The position numbers were made by a program, and so were the translations under genes. Positions 50,106 through 62,310 of a stretch of DNA of 64,000 nucleotides are shown here, in pieces. How positions within the stretch are numbered: the first letter of the stretch is position 1; each line of letters starts with the position of its first letter. Source of the stretch: Eledone cirrhosa (Eukaryota); assembly GCA_964016885.1 (NCBI GenBank), contig OZ024741.1, positions 198,028,001 through 198,092,000 on the forward strand. The letters are read 5' to 3'. Under the pieces are notes generated by a model, which was not told the origin of the DNA, did no database searches, and saw only the letters and a list, made by a program, of their open reading frames with translations.

Positions 50106-50529
50106 ATAAATATATATATATTTATATACAGTAGATGGACGCATATAAACATATATACATATATATGTATATGTGTGTGTATATTATATATATATATATA
50201 TATACATGTGTGTGTGTGTTATTATACGTTCGTGGAAAGCTAAGGGGTTATGTGTGGGTGTGTATGTAAGTAAAAGAGTGCGTGCGTGATTGTAAGTACG
50301 AAGCTATGAGCAAAAGTTTGTAAATATAAGGGAGTGTGTGTATACGGAGCTGTGAATGGAAAGGTAGAGGTGTGTGTGCGTATTTAGTTGGTCTGTATCA
50401 GCTGTAAGAGTATATGTTTCTGACCATAACAGAGCCATGGGAACATAGGAGTGAAATGTACAAGCACGGGCGGGGTAAACGTGACGGTGGCAAGTGGTCG
50501 AGAAGTAAACACGAATGTATATGTGTAAT

Positions 50530-50830
50530 ATTAAAGAAATTTAGGAGGGAGTTGAGTCCATTGGGGAAACTGGACCCAAGGCAGAAAATCAGAATCTGTT
50601 CTGTCCTGGTGTGGCAGGCCTGTGATCCGCGATGTAAAAAGACACCAAGGACTGAGACATGTTGAGAAGAGTTCCCTGGGGAACGGAAATGACGGATGAC
50701 GGGAGTATCCATACTGAGTCGTATGTCCCTCAAATGTTCAGGAAAAATGGTCCGCCAAACGGAGTCCGGTTTGTCCGATGTATAAGGATCCACAAAAGGA
50801 ACACCGGAGGGCATAGACTACGTGGGTGGA
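50530..50830 (-). pseudogene. PLE GIY-YIG endonuclease C-terminal fragment
   Basis: EHLRDIRL..TPVIRHF..VSVLG..R.EQILIFCLGS.FPNGLN is a typical PLE EN ending; truncated by (TA)/(TG)n. Confidence 0.7.
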
Positions 50831-50859
50831 GGTGCAGGTGAAGGCGTTGCGGATACGGA

Positions 50860-51099
<240 letters not shown>

Positions 51100-51330
51100 C
51101 GATTACTCACAGAAACAAGATGGTACAGGACAGAATAAAAGAGAGACACAAAATAAAAACCCAGTCACTGAGGCGGTCACAGAATGTGTGACGAAGGAGC
51201 TTTGACAATATATAAACAACTATCCGGTTATCGAACCAAGCAACCAGCCGGGTACGTATAATAAATTGCAGTGAAAACCAACAGGTGCGTGTGTTTTTAT
51301 TGGAAGCATAACCCTCCCAAAGTATAGCTA
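51100..51330 (+). mobile_element. Solo PLE pLTR remnant related to 63760-64000, with a decayed HHR (51164-51206)
   Basis: GTCA-CTGAGGC-GGTCAC..GTGAC-GAAG..TGAC and a shared downstream ATAAACAACTATC..TAATAAATTG..GGTGCGTGTGTTTTT. Confidence 0.65.
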
Positions 51331-51383
51331 TATATATATATATATATAACAATAACAATAATATAAATAATAATAATAATAAT

Positions 51384-54300
51384 GATTTCTTTATTAACCA
51401 CAAGGGTTTACATAAAGTAGACATTAAGGACAGTGCAGGACAATACAGGACGGTACAAATGGGCATTTCTGCGTGTAAAAAACAAAAACAGAGGATGTAA
51501 CAAAAAAATAACAATGAAAAATTCCCCAATAGGGGGGAGGCTTCGGAGGGACATTTGTGGAGAAAGCCCAGTAAATGGCCACAGTGACCCTAACCACCAA
51601 GGCAAGTGCCCTCTCCCAGTTTTCCACCTTTAATTTACAGATACGTACTCAGAGTAGGCCCATTGACTCGGGCCATTCTTGCTTCTCTCACCCATCTTTC
51701 AACAAAATGCTGGGAAGAGAGCACTTCCCTCTCTACTCTGATTTTCCTTTTCAAATGAAATTTGAAAAAGTCAATCAGGGCATCACCGAAGAGGTAAGTG
51801 CTCGTCTTCAGCCCTTTCAAACGTGTCCACCATACTATCTCTTTCGCCATGGCCACCAGACAGATAAAAACTGCCTGCCCTTCCCGGCTAAAGGAAGAAG
51901 GCGGGGCAATCCTCACGATGGACTCAGATGATAGCCGGATCTGTCCTACACGCGACAGCAAGTGTTCGACATAAACCCACAAGTCAGCAATTTTCGGACA
52001 CTGGACGAGTGCGTGCAGGACGGTTTCGTCGCCCTACGCGCATCTCGGACATGCCCGGCTGACGGCACCTCCAAGCCTGTAGAGTTTATCCCGAACTGGC
52101 ACGGCTCCTCGATAGCACTGCCAGGCCAGAGATTTCTGGAAGTTGTCCATAGGCCTCGGCCCGAAAGTTCTTCCGAAGAGATTGGTTAGTTGATTTTCGT
52201 CGACGCCTAGAGTTTCCCCAAGTACGTCGTCGCTCTTCCCCTCCACTAATCCTCTATAGAACGCCGAGGTGGAGTTTCCACCGATCACATTGCCAGATTG
52301 GTCGAGGGCTGTGAGCGCCTGAAGACATTCCAGTCTCCAGGCGCTCCCTCTCGGTCTTCGCTTGACCCAGGACTGCAGCTCCGTCAAGGAAACGAGCTGG
52401 GGAAAGACGCGTCTAGCAAACGGCGACCACACCTGATCACCGTCGAGGAAGAGGTGGAGATGTCGTAGCCTGAGCGCGTGTCTGCGCATCATCAGCCACG
52501 GCATTCCCAGCCCTCCAAGTAGCGGGTATTGACAGCAGATGGACCGCCTGACCATCGGAGCGCGTCCCTTCTACAAAAAGCGAAAGAGCAAGCGCTCTAG
52601 CGCAGTCAGGCGGGGCTTAGGACAAGGTACGACGGTCAGGCGGTAGCAGATGACAGACGCGATGTACACGTTTACCACCTCCGCTCGACCTTTCAGGGAT
52701 AGCTTTCTCTCCGCCCATTTCTGGGTGAGAGAAGCCACCCTGCTCGTCACCTCGTCCCAGTTTTTGTCCGTCTGGAGGTCAGGACCAAACCAGACGCCTA
52801 GCAATTTAACCGGTCCATCCGTCCAGCGTCCGACGACGCTGTTGGGCGGCATGGACCTGACTCTCCAGGTGCCGAGCTGCAGGCCCACTGACTTTTCCTG
52901 GTTGATCATTGCTCCTGTCACCGCTTCGTATTCTCTTAGTGTAGTGCCGATCGCCTCGATGTGTTTGACGTTCGACACCACTACGGTGACATCGTCCGCA
53001 TATGCTGACACGGATCTTCCGCATCCTAGTTCGCGCGGGACCCCCCTCAACGTCTCCAGTTTGTGCAATAATGGCTCGAGAGTCAATACGTACAAGAGGG
53101 ACGAGAGGAGACATCCTTGGCGGACAGAGCGCATGATGTTGAACGGTTCCGAAAGGTGACCATTCACTCACCACAGAGCAGAGGTCGCTGTGCATGGCAG
53201 CGATCCAGCCGCCCTCAGGACTGCCGCTAGGTAACGATGGTCGACCCTATCGAAAGCTTTCGACTGATCTAAATTGATCAAAACCCACCCGTGCCAGGAT
53301 CCCTAGCTACCCTCTCTACGATGTATCGCATGAGGTGGAGGTTGTCGTGGATTGATCTGTCGAGAATGGCGCACGTCTTTGCCTCTCCCACTAGACCACC
53401 AACGACAAGCGCCAACCTCTTTGCTAGTACCTTGGCCAAAATCTTGAACTCTGTGTTTAGCAGAGTTATGGGACTAAAATTATCTATGTTATCCCCCTTG
53501 TTCGGATCCTTTCTCAGCAGCGTCACAGCTCCTCGGCTCACAGAGCTGGGAATTCTCCCGTTCTGTTGCCAGTTGCAGTAAACGTCCGCCAAGAGGCCTC
53601 CGAACAAGTCTGGCATCTGTACGTAAAGTTCATAGGGCAGACCATCCAAACCAGGCGATTTACCCCTTGTGCAGCCAGTCATTGCCTCCCGTACTTCAGC
53701 GGGCCCATTGAACGGCTTTCGTCCCCTCGTGTCTGAGAGCACGCGCCCTAGCTCTGACAACGCAGCCTTCGTGCTTTGCATTGAAGAATTGGTCAAGGGC
53801 CAATTTCGCCGCAAGTACGTCGGTCGCGATGCCTTTGCTAAGCGCCTCGTCTAATTTTCTAACTAGTTCTCCCTCTGCTCTATTTTTCTCTATTGCTAAA
53901 GCCTTACTAAACCTAATGGACTCTATTCTAATTGCTCTTTTCAGAGCAAACCACCACTTGTTGTTGACGATGGCCCCCGCCAACGCCCGCTTAACTAGTT
54001 CGCTAATCCGGTCTCTGTAGGCCTTGCGCGCTGGTAAGGACGCGTTTAGCTTCCAGTAGCCGGGTCCTCGTCTATGAAGCCTATCTAAGTCAAGCACACA
54101 GATCACGAATTTGTGGTCCGTGTAGCTGACTATCTTGAATTGTGGACAGCCTATGCTAGACCTAACTATTTCCCTACAAAATACTCTATCTAGATATGAT
54201 CTGGATGACCCTATGCGATTTGTCCAAGTCACATTGGCACATTCGGGAAATCCAATCGGTACCTGTCAGACAGTTCAAAACGCCTGAGCAGGTTGGTGAG

Positions 54301-55925
54301 GCTCTTGCACCCTCCTCCCCTATCCGCTGATCCCACACAGTCCCAACGTGCATCTAATATCCCGTTCCAGTCGCCCACTAACACTAACAAGCGGTACGTT
54401 CCAAGAAAGATCTCCAGACGCCGGAAGAAATCAGGCCGCCTTACTCCTGTCGGGGCATAGACGGCAACTAGTCTGAAAACTTGCCCGTCTCCGCTGGTCA
54501 CGTCCAGCACCACTTCTGGGTCCAGCAAAATGGTCCGTATGGCGAGATCCAAACCTCTCCGAAAAAGCACAGCAACTCCTCCCCCCGATCCCGGACGGCT
54601 GGGAGATGCGTACACATCGTAGCCGCCGAAGATCGGTGCGAAGGCCCGTGCTTCGTAGATTCTGGTCTCGCTGATGGCCACCACATCTATGTTTAGTGAC
54701 CTGAGGTCGTTGAGCAGGTGGCCCTGCTTCCATGACGACCCCAAGCCACACGCATTTATGCTGCCTATTCTGAGTGAGGTCATGTTGAAGTGGAGTGGAA
54801 AAGATGGGAAAGACCACTTACCTTACTCTCGTAGAAGAAGGATGGTTTGTCCATCCTTTTCACTGCTTGTGGCCTCCTCCGGAAGGATGTCCTTATAAAT
54901 CCTCCTCGAGAGTGTTTGTCGGAAGTCTCCGATGTCTTTGGGGAATTTTTGTTTTAGTGTCGTGTACGTTTTCTGTGTGATGCGAGTGATTTGTATGTGT
55001 GGAGATGGTGTGAACTTTTGGATTGTTGTGTAGTCTTTTTCTGTGATGCTGGTGCTGTGTTGGATGTAGTGTAATAACTGGTTGTTGTTCAAATTTAATT
55101 GTTTCTACTTTTGGCACCAGGCCAGCAAATACCCCAGTGCATTACTGGTACTTTATTTTATCGACCCCGTAAGGATGAAAGGCAAAGTTAACCTCGGCGG
55201 GATTTGAACTCAGAATAGCAAGGGCCGTAACTCTATCCGTCAAAGCATGGTTGTTGTTCAAATTTAATGCTGTGTAGTGTGTATCGTTTGGTTGTATTGT
55301 TTTGTTTGCGTTTGTTGCGGGTTTGTTTCTGATTCGCTTTCTGGTGACTTTTGTGGTGTAGGTGATGGTGGTGTTGGGGTTAATGATGGTGATGGGATTG
55401 GTGTTTGTGGTGATGGGGTTGGTGATGCTGGTGTGGATGGTGGCATATCTGTCCTAACTTTTTTGTTTGATAGTTTATGTGTTTCCCTCCTTATTTTGTT
55501 TTTGGAGGGGGAAGGAATAGAATTTTTTCTTTTTTGGTTTCTTTTTTTCTTTTTTCCTGATACCGTTTCCCACTCCTCGTCGTCACAATCTGTCTCCAGT
55601 TGTGATAGGCCGGGGAGTGGAAAATCCTCCACAGGCGTTGGTTTTGGTTGTGGCGTGGTGGATGGTGTAGGCGCTGGTGCTAGTTCTGGCGCGTTGGGTG
55701 GTGGTGGTGTTGGTTTTGCTACTGTTGCTGGGGTTGTTGCTGTTACAGCTGCTTCTGTTGTTGCTGCTACAGTTGTTGCTGCCATCTCTGCTGCTGGTGG
55801 TGTTGATGGTTGAGTCACTGGGGTGTGTAGGAGAGGTGGCTTCAACCTTTTAGCCTGAGGGCAGAAAGCCCTTAGGTGGGTTCCTTCACCACAAACGACA
55901 CACCTAGTCCTTCTGCCCTCGACTT
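51384..55925 (-). mobile_element. Tx1/L1-clade LINE copy 3, 5'-truncated in ORF1, degraded
   Basis: 3' UTR and ORF2 nearly identical to copy 1, including RQGC and YADD (52571-53167); ORF1 CCHC VEGRRTRCVVCGEGTHLRAFC near 55860-55922; 3' end abuts (AAT)n. Confidence 0.88.
55100..55250 (-). mobile_element. SINE family A inserted in Tx1 copy 3 with a ~19-21 bp TSD
   Basis: TGGTTGTTGTTCAAATTTAAT at 55079-55099 and 55248-55268. Confidence 0.88.
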
Positions 55926-56063
55926 TTGAGAATATTTTCTGCGCGTGTTTATTTGTGCCATCGTCTTCCTTTTCCGTGTTAACTCATTTAAACCGAGCCG
56001 ATGATCCGTTTGAGGTGAAACAAATTGTTCTCAGAAATGGTGTATTAACTGTTGTGGAACTAC

Positions 56064-56092
<29 letters not shown>

Positions 56093-56094
<2 letters not shown>

Positions 56095-56449
56095 ATCATC
56101 ATCATCATCATCATCATCATTTCATTTTACGTCCGCTTTTTCCCTGCTTGCAAGGGTGGGACGGGAACTGATTCTGGCTTGATTTCTACAGCTGGATGCC
56201 CTTCCTAACACCAACCTCATTTACAGTGAGTGCTGGGTGCTTTTTTGCCGTGGCATCTCCACGACCACTTTGCAGTGGAATGATAGGGACCCCAGTCCTT
56301 ATCATCTCATTTCTACAGCTGAGTAAACTGGAGCAATGTGAAATAAAGTGTCTTGCTCAAGGACACAACACATCACCCGGTCTGAGAATTGAACTCACAA
56401 CCTTTCGATTGTAAGGCCAATGCTCTAACCCCTAAGCCACGTGCCTCCA
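56093..56449 (-). mobile_element. tRNA-derived SINE family B with RTE-like tail and (GAT)n
   Basis: Head GGAGGCACGTGGCTTAGGGGTTAGAGCA..GAGTTCAATTC; TGTGTCCTTGAGCAAGACACTTTA; tail CCCTTGCAAGCAGGGAAAAAGCGGACGTAAAA..(TGA)n. Confidence 0.8.
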
Positions 56450-56691
56450 CAATATATATATATATATTATATATGGGATTACAAATTATCGTCATAGGTA
56501 ATCCAGTTAGAGGTTGTGAATACTCCGTATTGTGGATAGTTTTAGCGCACGGCGTTGTTTGACTCAACAAGAGGTTTCCTTAGGTAGCGAGTTTGCGAGT
56601 TCTCGGGAATTCTTATGCAGGTTAATCTTGGAGTAATAATACTGAAAGTGTGAAGAATAACATGGTCAACAGTACAAAAGGGTTTTATTTA

Positions 56692-56804
56692 CAGTATTAA
56701 CAATTGTTTCATTGATTAAGTTGTCTAAAAATTGCTAATCACTTGAAGTTGTGTCACTCAATTTTAAATACAATGTATGCTTAATCAAATCATCGGAAAA
56801 ACTG
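56692..56804 (-). ncRNA. Hammerhead with ~79-nt stem II domain and CCGAUGA core
   Basis: CAGUUUUU-CCGAUGA-U-UUGAUUAAG...CUUAAUCAA-U-GAAAC-AAUU-GUU-AAUACUG; palindromic stem III ACAAUUGU. Confidence 0.55.
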
Positions 56805-57312
56805 ATTAGAATTATACACGGCGTTTGTAATATACTAGGAAAATTCAAATCACAACATCAGTAATAAAGAAAGAAAAAGAAAAAAAGAAAAAGAGAGAGA
56901 GAAAAAGAAAAAAAGAAGAAAAAAGAAAAAAGATAAAGAAAAAAAATAATAATAAATAAGTTAGAATGAAGATGATAAAAAATAAGTAAAAAAATTCATG
57001 TGTGTGAAGAAAAGTGAACACAATATGATTGTTGAAAATAGTTGTGGTGGTGGTGGTTAAAATATAAAGATGTGATGGTATAAACATGAAAATACTAAAT
57101 ATATACATATATGTATCGGTTAAATTATATTATGAAGAAATAGTACAGTACTAAATAAAGGGTAAATTAATAAATTAATAAATTGTTAGAAGTGAAGAGA
57201 ACACGATAGGATATAATGGAAGAGGTGAAATAGTTTTAGGGAAAGAGAGTGGAAGAAAGAAAAGTTAGGAGGTTATGATGTTGATTCAGTGATTAGTTGA
57301 TTTATTGACAGT

Positions 57313-57476
57313 TAATAATTGTTTCTACTTTAGGCACAAGGCCAGCAATTACCCAGTGCATTACTGGTACTTTATTTTATCGACCCCGTAAGGATGAAAG
57401 GCAAAGTTAACCTCGGCGGGATTTGAACTCAGATCGTAAAGGGACGTAACTATGCTGGAAAGCATGGCGTCCGACC
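57313..57476 (-). mobile_element. SINE family A
   Basis: Near-identical to 3460-3630. Confidence 0.85.
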
Positions 57477-57534
57477 TGGGTTATTATAATAGACTCAGGT
57501 GGTACAGTTTGAATTATGGAATTGTTGGGTCGAA

Positions 57535-58400
57535 TCAAGTTGGTTTGAAATTAGCGAATTTAGTAGCTGCTTTATGCCTACAGAAAATTGACCGTTCTAT
57601 TTTGCTGTTAAGCAGTATTTTGTCATATTTTCAAATATGGAGCAACTCCATATTGCAAAGTCCGCAGTGGGACATTCCATTTACGTAGGCCTTTGCCCCT
57701 GACAGTTTCGACCAGCTAATCCCGTATTCCTAGTTTTTATATTTAAGCTGCCAGATTTTATTGGCGAGCGTTGTTGTGTTCATTAGTCTACGGTTCTTTA
57801 CAGAGTGTCTGTGGACGTACCATCTTTTTTTTAACTCCCCTGTCGTAGAACCTATATAGTGCCATGCTAAGTTGCCTGAATTTATAGCACACAGGTACAC
57901 TATATTTGACTCCAGGCATCTATTTTGTAGTGGGCACTTATGTGCTAAGTGTCAGTTACATTTTGAGGCTTTCCTCTGTGCCGGTTCATCGATGCGGTTT
58001 TGTATGTTGTTATGTATGGGCTGAGATTTGGGTATGTTTGTGTTTTGTTGTGATGCGCTCTGACGTGTGTGTGGTTGCGATGTTGTTATGTGTTTGTGTT
58101 TTGTATTTGGTGTTATGGTGTTTGTTTGTAGGTTATTTTCATTAGAGATTCTTTTATAGTTAATTTTATGTATGTATGATTCTATGTTGGTAAGATAGTT
58201 TGATAGTGTTTCTATTAAAGATTTTGTGGTATTTGTGAAGTTTAGGGAAGTGCTTTTCAATTAATTTAAAGAATGTAGAAGGTAGTTTGGTTTTTATAGA
58301 GGAGTTAAATATTGGATTGAACCATAAGTATTTCCTATGTCTGGATTTTCTATAGTTCCTAGGGGTCCTTATATTAGTATTCCGTTCATTTATTTCTGGT
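57535..58400 (-). pseudogene. PLE linker + GIY-YIG fragment with in-frame stops
   Basis: Manual translation YLWFNPIFNSSIKTKLP..KCN*HLAHKCPLQNRCLESNIVYLC..WHYIGSTT..TTLANKIW..CGLCNME..CRH, homologous to the C-terminus of the 9521-11458 ORF. Confidence 0.8.
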
Positions 58401-58515
58401 GCTCGTTGTCTATTTCCTTAGAAAAGGTAAAGTACTGTTAGAATCGCCTAACTTCGTGAAAACTTGGGTAATCGTATAATTATATTGTATTATTTATTAC
58501 ATAATTTATTACATA

Positions 58516-58707
58516 GGGCGGTGGATTGGCAGTACCGGTAGAGAGTCGGACACCATGCTTTGCAGCATAGAGTTACGGCCCTTTATGATCTGAGTTCATA
58601 TCCCGCCGAGGTTAACTTTGCCTTTCATCCTTACGGGGTCGATAAAATAAAGTACCAGTAATGCACTGGGTAATTGCTCGCCTTGTGCCAAAAGTAGAAA
58701 CAATTAT
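58516..58707 (+). mobile_element. SINE family A, full length
   Basis: Same head, central domain and tail as 20293; flanked by a duplicated ATTATTTATTA(C/T)ATAATT. Confidence 0.88.
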
Positions 58708-58851
58708 TTATTATATAATTATATACATATATACATATATAGTAATAATAATAAATGTGAAGACTAAAATCCAAAGAGGGCTCGATAGGGATAAATATAT
58801 ATCAAATATATAAGAACCCTAGAGCAAATATTTATTAAAATAACAGATTAA

Positions 58852-58902
58852 AGTTTAAGCAAAGAATCGCTGCTTTCACTCTTAACGGGATCTTCTGAAA
58901 CT
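58852..58902 (-). ncRNA. Hammerhead-like motif with CAGAAGA core (also at 59558-59608 minus and 59770-59820 plus)
   Basis: Stem I AGUUU/AAACU, short stem II, GAA, stem III AGCA/UGCU, CUU triplet. Confidence 0.45.
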
Positions 58903-59295
58903 AAAAAAATCAATCTGTGAACACAGAAGTAAATATTTCGTAATACGTTACAACCGAAGGAAAACAGGAAGACGATACTTTGGTTCGTGAAGACGTTCCG
59001 GGAAAAAGCGAAGATAATACGTCGTTATGTACAAAAATTCTACCCTGCTCAAAACTGATTTCTCAATGCCTCTTCAATTATTGGACTATTCTCTTGTTTT
59101 ATCTGTTGCATGTATTCCACTCTGTGCTTTTAATTTGAATTTGAATTTTTGTACAATTATTGTACAATTCTCGTAAAATATATGTCACATCCATTCCACC
59201 CTGTAAATACGAAATTGTTGCTCACAACATCAATATATATGTATCTATATTATTGTTCAGTTGAATAGGAGGTTAATTATATGTACAAACATTGA

Positions 59296-59349
59296 TAATG
59301 CTCCGATGACTTCAAAGATGAGTTTGGAAGAAACGATTGTCAGCTATTA
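59296..59349 (+). ncRNA. Hammerhead motif with CCGAUGA core
   Basis: TAATGCT-CCGATGA-CTTCAAA..TTTGGAA-GAAAC-GATT-GTC-AGCTATTA. Confidence 0.55.
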
Positions 59350-59651
59350 AATGATTTCAACACAACTTTGATTATTGTCTAATTTATTTATTTTCCTGCT
59401 CTGTAAAACAACTGAGGTTCTTACATTGAGCTATTTCTCTTACTGGTAATAAAGTAGTAGGAAATTACTGACATTTCCTGTTTATAGGTGTTTAAAGTAT
59501 ATACATAACTATAAATAGTATTATTATATATATATATATATTAAAATAACAGATTAAAGTTTAAGCAAAGAATCGCTGCTTTCACCCTTAACAGGATCTT
59601 CTGAAACTAACAATAATAATTAGTTATTATCAAAGTTGTGTTGAAATCATT

Positions 59652-59705
59652 TAATAGCTGACAATCGTTTCTTCCAAACTCTTGTTTGGGATCATCGGAG
59701 CATTA
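59652..59705 (-). ncRNA. Hammerhead motif with CCGAUGA core (inverted copy)
   Basis: UAAUGCU-CCGAUGA-UCCCAAAC(AAGA)GUUUGGAA-GAAAC-GAUU-GUC-AGCUAUUA. Confidence 0.6.
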
Positions 59706-59927
59706 TCAATGTTTGTACATATAATTAACCTCCTATTCAACTGAACAATAATAACTAATTGACTTTGTTAGCTTCAGAAGATCCCGTTAAGGGTGAAAGC
59801 AGCGATTCTTTTCTTAAACTTTAATCTGTTATTTTAATAAATATTTGCTCTACGGTTCTTATATATTTGATACATATTTATCCTTATCGAGCCCTCTTTG
59901 GATTTTAGTCTTCAAATTTATTATTAC

Positions 59928-60027
<100 letters not shown>

Positions 60028-60039
60028 ATGAATATATAT

Positions 60040-60828
60040 ATAAAGTTGTAGTTCCTGTCTGTTTGTTTGTTCACGAACTCCTCCTATGGTTTTGGAGATA
60101 GACCCCATAACCATATATATTTTGAAACTACATTGCCCAGGGTACTTGGATAAGTATATTTCATTTTAATCAAAGGATTCCCCGGGAGCACAAACCCCGC
60201 TAAAAAATTTTCCCTTCGATTTATATGAAATTTAAACCATAGATAAATGACAAGATATGATGCCTATTCACAAAATGTCAGCAAATTTCAATATTAAGAC
60301 ACCCTAATGGGGTTAATCAAAGGGTTCCCCGGGGGCACAAAGCCCCGCTGAAAATTGTTTCCCTTCGATTTATATGAAATTTAAACCATAGGTAAATGAC
60401 AAAATATGATGCCTATTCATAATGTTTCAGCAAATTTAAATAATATTAAGACACCCTAATGAGGCTTAAATCCCCTATAGTGAAACTTTTGGAAGCCCAT
60501 AACTTGAGTATTGGAACTTTGAATTTCTAATTTGAAAATAATGCTTTACACAAAAATGAAATGATCAACTTTTGAATCGATATTTTGAAAAAATGATTTA
60601 CAAGAAACAAAATAAGAATAAGATTTAATCAATTTTTTATGCATTACATTTTACATTGAGTAATATTTGTCTCTACTTTAGGCACAAGGCCAGCAATTAC
60701 CCAGTGCATTACTGAATATTGAAATGCAGAATTTTTCTCTATAAATTATATCACTGATTTAAAACCAATCATCATTTTCTTACCAAAAAAATGTTTGAAA
60801 CGCAGCAAGGCGCGGGTAATTCGGCTAG
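60040..60828 (+). mobile_element. Non-autonomous Helitron with an internal ~150-bp tandem duplication
   Basis: Starts TATAAAGTTG..CTGTCTGTTTGTTTGTTC after (TA)n; ends CGCAGCAAGGCGCGGG..CTAG|T; duplicated block ~60168-60314/60315-60465; SINE A tail fragment at 60660-60714. Confidence 0.6.
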
Positions 60829-60865
60829 TATACTCATACGTGTGCATGCGTGTATATGATACAAT

Positions 60866-60990
60866 AATGCTTTCTAATGTTGGTACAAAGCTAGCAATTT
60901 GTCAACCTAGCAAGGATGAAAAGCAAAGTTGATCTAGGCAGGATTTGAATTCAGAATGTAAAAGTCTAACGACTCATCCAACCCGCCATC
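60866..60990 (-). mobile_element. Diverged SINE family A relative
   Basis: AAGGATGAAAAGCAAAGTTGA..GGATTTGAATTCAG on + strand. Confidence 0.55.
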
Positions 60991-61589
60991 CTTGCATGAT
61001 TCAACAATGAGAATATATATATAACCAACGCCATTTTGTGTGAGATGTATTAACATATTTTGATGTATCTATTGTTGACGTGAATTTTTCATCGGCATGA
61101 AAATTAAATGCCATTAGCATGTTTTCCACAAACTCCTGTGTTAGTAGAGCTCGTATTTTTTTTATTTTATTTTGGATATCGCTACCATTTCAGAAAGAAA
61201 ATCAAGATCAGACAATCACATTGACTAAGTTATATCTTTGGCTTTTCTACATTGATTGATGTATGCAAGAAAAAAATGATGCATTGTCAAGCGTAAAAAA
61301 TTGTTCATATTAATCGGAAAGTTTTTTGTTTTTTTTACAAAGAATAATAAATATATGTTTCGCATGAATAAGTGATTCTCTTTTTAAACCGACTTCTTTG
61401 TCTCAAAGTTTCATACAAACGTGTTATCAGTTGACGCAATATTTGGTTTATCTAAAATGTTATACGATGCTATTCTGAAACCACTTTTACACCTAGTTGG
61501 AGACATACAATATCAAATATCTAAGGAAAGTCATGAACACCACACCTATATTTCCGCTTCTATCTCTCTCCCTTTATATACATATATAA

Positions 61590-61623
<34 letters not shown>

Positions 61624-61804
61624 ACATATATATATATACATATATATATATATACATATCTGTCTGCCTCTGGCTACCTCACGCACCCTCTCGAGCAAAT
61701 TATCTATACTACGTTTTCATATTTTTGTTTATATATATTTAGATAGAGGTAATACCTTGATACCCGGTAGCGGCATATATATGTGTGTGTGTGTGTGTGT
61801 ATAC

Positions 61805-61853
<49 letters not shown>

Positions 61854-61871
61854 AATATATATATATAGATT

Positions 61872-62174
61872 CAATATATTAATAAATGGAAACTATATTT
61901 ATAAAACCATATTTATTTTATTATATATATTTCAAGGGCAACCGAGGAAAATTATGGTGCGCTTTCATCAGATAAAATACAGTTATGTTTTATAAATAAA
62001 TATTGACATACCCGGAAAAAAGACAACCTCATCGGTTGAAGCTTCCTGGAAGCTTCAACCGTTAAGGTTGTCTTTTTTCCGGGTATGTCAATATTTATTT
62101 ATAAAACATATCTGTATGTTATCTGATGAAAGCGCACCATAATTTGCCTTGGTTGCCCTTTTATTAATATATTG
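61872..62174. repeat. Near-perfect fold-back (1-nt loop at 62047) pLTR-like module
   Basis: Arms 61934-62046 and 62048-62160 are reverse complements; outer 14-bp match 61872-61885 / 62161-62174. Confidence 0.85.
61914..61979 (-). ncRNA. Type I hammerhead ribozyme motif
   Basis: UAUUUUAU-CUGAUGA-AAG.GCACC..GGUUGC.CUU-GAAA-UAUAUA-UA-AUAAAAUA. 8-bp stem I, palindromic (AU)4 stem III. Confidence 0.75.
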
Positions 62175-62263
62175 TGTATTTACTCCACTAACATGTTGAG
62201 TGCTTTATATCAGTTATAAAAATGTTTAAGCTTGTTGAATCCCAACAAATTAAATATAACCTC

Positions 62264-62309
<46 letters not shown>

Positions 62310-62310
<1 letters not shown>

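Larger units (their letters stand above)
56480..58415 (-). mobile_element. PLE 3' fragment related to the 8353-11456 element
   Basis: Degraded EN ORF plus 3' region with long-stem-II HHR and AATAAA, adjoining (TA)n. Confidence 0.75.

Noticed and set aside
50405-50450. Hammerhead 3' of the GIY-YIG fragment (CCCAUGG..CAGAAACAUAU, minus)
   Set aside because: The position is plausible but the core is too degenerate to call.
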